From contig OZ231126.1 of NCBI GenBank assembly GCA_965153355.1, positions 41,230,001 to 41,294,000 on the forward strand: a stretch of 64,000 nucleotides of DNA, in the 5' to 3' direction. The notes below the pieces were generated by a model. The model was not told the DNA's origin, made no database searches, and saw only the letters and a list, made by a program, of their open reading frames with translations. Positions 56,201-64,000 of this stretch are shown piece by piece. A program made the position numbers and the translations under genes. Position 1 is the stretch's first letter, and each line of letters opens with the position of its first letter. Source of the stretch: Flaccisagitta enflata. Taxonomy: Eukaryota.

Positions 56201-58344
56201 GACCCCTTCGGGGCCGCGGCCCAAAAAGTGAATTTTTTCGCCCTTTTGGCTACTTTGGTCAAATAATTTGGACACTTCCGTGATAGAAAATGACAAAAAA
56301 TCAGTGGGCAGTTTTTAAAAGAAATATAACAATAGGAAGCAGCAAAAAAATATCTTGTATTGCTGTGTTCTTTGATAAATTTTTAGTCGCGTGCACAAGA
56401 CATTGTAACCCGGTATATCAGTTGGCCCAAAATGCCCAAAATAACCAAAAAATTTTATCATACCCACTGATCTTTGATCTTTGCCAAATCTATATGCTTT
56501 AACCTATTGACATGCCGATTTCACCTTTGGTTAGATCTGGAACAGTAGTTTAATTTGCCCACTGATTTTTTTATCATTTTCTATCTCGGAAGCGCCCAAA
56601 TTATTTGACCAAAGTAGTCAAAAGGGCGAAAAATTCACTTTTTAGCACCTGCTTCTAGAGTCTCCCAAAAATTTTTAGGGTCATATTGATCAAAAATTTT
56701 ACCAGATGCAGTTAGAGCATCAAAAACTATTCAATTTGGTCACCAATTTCATCCAAATTTCTCCATCCAAAGCAGAGATATATCAAAAATTGTAAAAAAT
56801 GTCAAAATTGACCACCAAATTCATCTGGTGATAAAACCCTCATACCCTTCCATCTTTGAAAAACCCTCAAATCTTAACAAAAAATGATAGCAACATGCGG
56901 ATTGCACCACTGGTTAGCTCTTGAGCTCTAGTTTTATAATCTCACAGATTTCAGGTCAAATTTATAAAGGGACGTGGCCCGATTTTAAGCCCAAAATGAA
57001 CAAAATTACCAAAAAATGTCATTTTATCATACCCACTGATCTTTGAAGCTTTGCCAAATCTATATGCTTTAGCCTATTGACATGCCGATTGCACCATTGG
57101 TTAGATCTTGAACAGTAGTTTAATTTGCCCACTGATTTTTTGTCATTTTCTATCTCGGAAGTGCCCAAATTATTTGACCAAAGTAGCCAAAATGGCGAAA
57201 AAATTCACTTTTTAGCACCTGCTTCTAGAGTCTCCCCAAAATTTTGAGGGTCATATCGATCAAAAATTTTACCAGATTCAGTTAGAGCATCAAAAACTCT
57301 TCAATTTGGTCACCAATTTCATCCAAATTTGTCCATCCAAAGCGGAGATATATCAAAAATTGTAAAAAATGTCAAAATTGACCACCAAATTCATCTGGTT
57401 AAAAAACCCTCATACCCTTCCATCTTTGAAAAGCTCTCAAATCTTAACAAAAAACGATAGCAACATGCGGATTGCACCACTGGTTAGCTCTTGAGCTCAA
57501 GTTTTATTATCTCACAGATTTCGGGTCAAATTTCAAAACCAAAGTGGCCCGATTTTGAACCCAAAGTGACCAAATTTCAACATTTTCACCACAACCACCT
57601 TGGAGTGGTGATAAATAAATGGAACTCGCGGTATCCAAAATTGGTCAAAAAGTTTGCCACTGCTTTGTTTTACATTATAAAAACATAAAAATAGTAAATT
57701 CCGTCCAGGTACAGGTAGACCGCACCTGTGAAGGGGTAAACATACTATCTATTCTAGACCGATCCCAGATCTGTATATCAAACGGTTTAGGAGCTAGAGC
57801 TTGTCGAATTCATCTTCTAATTTGTAAAAATGCTCATATTTCGATGGGATTGCAAACTGACAATGGAAATGTTTCTACTCATTCTTATGCCATTTCTAAA
57901 CGAAAAAAGCTAGAATTACCAGATTGGAGCCAAATGAAAGATTTTTTCAAGAGCTTTCTAATGGTCTTAGATTTTATTAGATTTTTTTGAAATTCAATAT
58001 GACAATTTGCCTTTTGAAAGTGCGGCTTTTTCGTTGAGTCGAGTAGTAATCATAATAATTTCGACTTTAACATCATCACACTGCAGCCAGTAGCATTGCA
58101 GCAACCTGAACAAACGGCAGCAAAAGTAATCAAATAGAATGCAACACTGACTGGCAACGAGATCGTTGAGATCAACCATTCAAGATTGATTCCCAAATTT
58201 CTTCTTCTTCTCCCGTTTCACCTTTTAAGATCCGAAATCAAGGAAAAGGTGCAAAAGATCCTTGATTTAATTTTCTGGCACTTTTGTGTTGCAACATGGG
58301 AAGAATGAAGGAAACGAAATCATTGGAATTCACCCAGTCTTCCC

Positions 58345-59508
<1,164 letters not shown>

Positions 59509-59835
59509 CAGGGGTGTATAAAGTTGAGCGGCTTTTGATTTTATTCCCCCCCCCTGCCTTTGATTTTCTTCCCCGCGACATGTCGCGTCGCATTACAAAA
59601 TCAATGAAATTCTTCCCCACAAAGCAATAAAACAGTAAGTTATAGGTTTAAATAGTGTTATAGTGTGTTGTAGTAATCAGATACTACCAATTGGAACTAC
59701 CAAAAGTGTTGAATCTTCAAAAATTTTCTTTTTTCTTCTTTTCTAGCTTTTGATTTTTTTCCCCATCTCCAAACCTTTTGATTTTATTCCCCCCCCCACT
59801 GGGGGGGGGGGAATACTCAACTTTATACAGGCCTG
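59509..59835. mobile_element. hAT-like MITE
   Basis: 20-bp TIR CAGG(GG/CC)TGTATAAAGTTGAG; 8-bp TSD TTTTTTTC (59501-59508, 59836-59843); internal TTTGATTTT(A/C/T)TTCCCC repeats. Confidence 0.85.
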
Positions 59836-60959
59836 TTTTTTTCTTTCTGTCTTTCTTTCTTTTTATTTTCTACATAAGCAGATAGAAGCAGATACAAATG
59901 AAGAGGTCCACTGAAGGCCAGGGAATTCGACCAGTATGAATCGTCCTCTATATTTTTTTCTCTGGATATTTTAAGCTGTAATACTGTTGGACTATGAAAA
60001 GGCGTAATGACTGAAGGGGAAAAACGTCTGGATGTAAAGAAATTTCATAGAGAAAAAATGCAATTCCATTTGCATGAAAGATATATCAAGATTTTTTCTT
60101 CTTTCGTCGCTTTTTCAGCATCTTTTTTGCTAAATGGGACTTTTAGGCGCAGCAGATCAAGAATATTATTGCATTTTTCAATGGATGTAAACGTTCTTTG
60201 GAAAAGGCAATTTTCAAATCAAGTGATTGAGAATTTATATTAGGGCAAATGATTCGGGGCGGACTTACCAGCTATAGGAAGAACGTATGGTGCCAGATGT
60301 TAAAAAAAAATGTTTAAAATGATCATGATATAGTGTTAAGTGTTCATATGACAGGTGTATGGAAATTGCATGAACTGTTTCATAGGTCAGTTGGACAGTT
60401 GATCCGTCCATCTACTCATATCAAGCCGCATTCTGTAAGGAGTTGCTATTTTCATTAGATCTGTATGATTTATCGATGAGCCTGCCCTAGACATCCCTCA
60501 ATTTGAGCATAAGATAAAGAAATCGCTCAAGGAGAAAAAAAATTACTTTCACAAGACTAACCAGTGGCTGTCGCCAATACTGTGGATCGCGATGTTTTAT
60601 TTCTTGTTTTTTTTGTTTTTCTTTTTACTATAAATTTTTTTTATTTTTTATTTTTCATTATTTTTTTACTTGCATTTTTTTTCTACTTTAATTTCTTTAA
60701 TTTTTCACATTTTCAAATTTTAATTTTTTTTTCACTTTTTCACTTTTTCATTTTTTTGTTTTTTACTTTTTCACTTTTTTACTTTTTTTACTTTTTTTCT
60801 TGTTACTTTTCATTTTCTACTTTTTTAAACATTTCATAACATGCATTAATACATACAAAATTCAAATATAAAATTTAGATAAAAAAAACCCTGAACTATA
60901 AGTGAATTGCTAAATTTGGTGAGCATTTCAAGTTCCATGGTATTCAATAGCTGAAATGT

Positions 60960-61075
<116 letters not shown>

Positions 61076-61413
61076 CGTGGTTGAAAAAAAATCAAGCAGT
61101 GGGAAAAAAACAAAAGGCAAATTGAGATAAAGTTTAAGACATCTGGTGGATGAATTAAGACAAACTTAAACAAAAGACAGGTGAGGATATTTTTGAGATA
61201 GAAAAAAGTTTTGGGATAAAAAAAATATGATCGATGATTGTGATTGATGATGAGGTGGAAAAAACAAAAGATTGACATAGAGATAAGTAGAGACATCTTG
61301 AAAGAGAAACAAAAGACTAAAGTGAGGAAACATTCTGGGGATGTAAAAAATGAATGAATGATATAGATGAAACAAAAGATTTACATAGAGATAAGTGGAA
61401 ACATCTTAAGAAA

Positions 61414-61605
61414 AACAAGGCCGGATACACGGCCATCAGTTGCGGACGGGTGAGCAGGGGCAGAAATGCGCATTTTCCCACTTTTCAACTCGATCACCAC
61501 GGACCGACCGACCAACCAACCGACAGACGGACAAAGCCTCTTATAGAGTTGCGTGTCCGCAACTAAAAAACAAGGCCGGATACACGGCTACCGAAGTCGC
61601 GTGGG
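61414..61605 (-). mobile_element. HINE-like family A element followed head-to-tail by a partial second copy
   Basis: AACAAGGCCGGATACACGGC...GTCCGCAACTAAAAAA is followed directly by CAAGGCCGGATACACGGC. Confidence 0.78.
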
Positions 61606-63803
61606 ATTAGTGAGTGAAGAGATTCTTTGAAGGGAAAAACAAAAGACTATAGGAGAAAAAGATCTAGTGAGGGAGGACTTCTATTGAGAAAAAAAAAGAC
61701 TGCTACAAACAAAAGTTGTTGTGAGTGAAGACACACTTTTGGGATAAAAAAAATCCATGGGAATTGATGTGTGAGGACCTTCTTTGAAGAAGAAAACAAA
61801 AGACTATCAAAGAAATAAGATCTGGTGAGTGAGGACATCTATTGAGAGAAAAAAAAAGACTGCAACAAACAAAAGATTGTAGTGAGTGAGGACATATTTT
61901 TGGGATGAAAAAAAAAAACCTTAGAAATAGTGAATGAGGACATTCTTTGAAAATAAAAACAAAAGGCTATAAAAGAAAAAAGGTCTGGCGAGTGAGGACA
62001 TCTACTGAGAGAAAAACAAGACTACTTCAAACATAAGATTGTAATGAGTGAGGACAAACTTTTTGGATAGAAAAAAAATTATTAGGAAATAATGAGTGAG
62101 GACATTTTTTGAAAATAAAAACAAAAGGCTATCAAAGAAAAAGGGTCTGGTGAGTGAGGACATCTATGGAGAGAAAAAAAGACTACTACAAACAAAAAAT
62201 TGTGGTGAGTGAGGACACACTTTTGGGATAAAAAAAATCCTTTGAAGAAGAAAACAAAAGACTATCAAAGAAAAAAAGTCTGGTAAGTGAGGACATCTAT
62301 TGAGAGAAAAAAAGACTACTACAGACATAAGATTGTGGTGAGTGAGGACACACTTTTGGGATGAAAAAAAATCCTTAGAAATGGTGAGTGAGGACATTCT
62401 TTGAAGAGAAAAACAAAAGACTATCAAAGAAAAAGGTCTGGTAGTGAGGACATCTATTGAGAAAAAAAAGACTACTACAAACAAAAGATAGTAGTGAGTG
62501 AGGACACACTTTTGGGATGAAAAAAATCCTTAGAAATGGTGACTGAGGACATTCTTTGAAGAGAAAAACAAAACACTATCAAAGAAAAAGGGTCTGGTGA
62601 TTGAGGACATCTATTGAGAAAAAAAAAAGACTACTACAAACAAAAGATAGTGGTGAGTGAGGACACACTTTTGGGATGAAAAAAAATCCTTAAAAATGGT
62701 GAGTGAGGACATTCTTTGAAGAGAAAAACAAAAGACTATCAAAGAATAACGGTCTGGTGAGTGAGGACATCTATTAAGAAAAAAAAAGACTACTACAAAC
62801 AAAAGATAGTGGTGAGTGAGGACACACTTTTGGGATGAAAAAAAATCCTTAGAAATTGTGACTGAGGACATTTTTTGAAGAGAAAAACAAAAGACAATCA
62901 AAGAAAAAGGGTCTGGTGAGTGAGGACATCTATTTAGAAAAAAAAACAACTACAAACAAAAGATAGTGGTGAGTGAGGACACACTTTTGGGATGAAAAAA
63001 AATCCTTAGAAATGGTGAGTGAGGACATTCTTTGAAGAGAAAAACAAAAGACTATCAAAGAAAAAGGGTCTGGTGAGTGAGGACATCTATTGAGAAAAAA
63101 AAAGACTACTACAAACAAAAGATAGTGGTGAGTGAGGACACACTTTTGGGATGAAAAAATCCTTAGAAATGGTGAGTGAGGACATTCTTTGAAGAGAAAA
63201 AAAAAAGACAATCAAAGAAAAAAGGGTCTGGTGGTGAGGACATTATTGAAAAAAAAGACTACTACAGCAAAAGATAGTGGTGAGTGAGGACACACTTTTG
63301 GGATAAAAAAATCCTAAAATGGTGAGTGAGGACATTCTTTGAAGAGAAAAAACAAAAGACTATCGAAGAAAAAGGGTCTGGTGAGTGAGGACATCTATTG
63401 AGAAAAAAAGCTACTACAAACAAGATAGTGGTGAGTGAGGACACACTTTTGGATGAACAAAATCTTTGAAATGGTGAGTGAGGACATTCTTTGAAGAGAA
63501 AAACAAAAGACTATCAAGAAAAAGGTCTGGTGAGTGAGGACATCTATTGAGAAAAAAAAAGACTACTACAAACATAAGATAGTGGTGAGTGAGGACACAC
63601 TTTTGGGATGAAAAAAAATCCTTAAAAATGGTGAGTGAGGACATTCTTTGAAGAGAAAAACAAAAGGCAATCAAAGAAAAAGGGTCTGGTGAGTGAGGAC
63701 ATCTATTGAGAAAAAAAAAGACTACTACAAACAAAAGATAGTGGTGAGTGAGGACACACTTTTGGGATGAACAAAAAATCCTTGGAAATGGTGAGTGAGG
63801 ACG
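61606..63803. repeat. Tandem satellite, ~158-bp unit x ~14, each unit a trimer of GTGAGTGAGGACA-headed subunits
   Basis: Subunits A (~46 bp), B (~58 bp) and C (~55 bp) recur in order; A heads at ~62340, 62497, 62655, 62814, 62971 and 63130. Confidence 0.95.
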
Positions 63804-63833
63804 GCAAAAAAAAAAAAAAAAACAAAAATTTAC

Positions 63834-63950
63834 CCAGGACTAAGTGGATCTTGCTTCGCTGCGATCCACAAACAGCATCTGAGGCGGAATCCGAGGCAGA
63901 ATCTGAGGCTGTATTTGAGGCAGGTGTTTCCTCTGCCGCAACATTTTGAC
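63834..63950 (-). CDS. Orphan 117-nt exon candidate
   Basis: ctaaaaag|GTCAAAAT...GTCCTGG|gtaaat; length divisible by 3; open frame QNVAAEETPASNTASDSASDSASDAVCGSQRSKIHLVL. No homology recognised. Confidence 0.35.
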
Positions 63951-64000
63951 CTTTTTAGTGGCTTCAACGAAGAAACATTTTCCTCCATTTTCCTCCTTTT

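Larger units (their letters stand above)
50111..57757. mobile_element. Fold-back (FB-like) element with ~570-bp tandem subterminal units, carrying nested insertions
   Basis: 50111-50792 is the reverse complement of ~57075-57757. Further units lie at 54645-55078 plus 56227-56310 (direct) and ~56450-57020 (inverted); the period on the right is ~570 bp. No TSD identified. Confidence 0.8.

Noticed and set aside
58010-58200. Hydrophobic - strand frames resembling a transporter helix
   Set aside because: Short, stop-bounded, without ENT motifs or convincing splice sites.
61606-63803. CRISPR-like repeat-spacer appearance
   Set aside because: The spacers recur in A-B-C order, the repeat is only ~13 nt, there are no cas genes and the context is eukaryotic; it is a satellite.

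Overview
Eukaryotic (animal, probably invertebrate) genomic DNA, rich in introns and microsatellites; most long ORFs in the track are translations of simple repeats. (1) Bases 1-13785 form a giant inverted duplication (arms ~1-6630 and ~7225-13785, running off the left edge). It is centred on an older degenerate hairpin at 6820-7030 and puts two copies of an SLC3-family (rBAT/4F2hc-type, catalytically dead GH13) amino-acid transporter heavy-chain gene head to head. The + copy has seven phase-consistent exons (8486-21906); the - copy shows exons 1-4 (5275-2683). (2) Intron 5 of the + copy is a GC-AG intron. It holds an antisense, intronless beta-TrCP-like F-box/WD40 gene frameshifted by a 13-bp tandem duplication, a decayed fragment of a second such gene, and a CR1-type LINE fragment. 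(3) The 3' exons of an equilibrative nucleoside transporter (SLC29A4/ENT4-like) lie on the - strand at 26500-24123; its 5' exons were not found. (4) The rest is mostly transposons: two hAT(m)-like fold-back elements with 7-8 bp target duplications that share a ~100-bp hairpin module at a ~181-bp period, a four-level nested fold-back complex (50111-57757), several MITEs, many DINE-1/HINE-like non-autonomous Helentrons, and a ~158-bp trimeric satellite. A few orphan exon candidates are also present. No rRNA, tRNA or CRISPR array is supported. All alignments and translations were done by eye.
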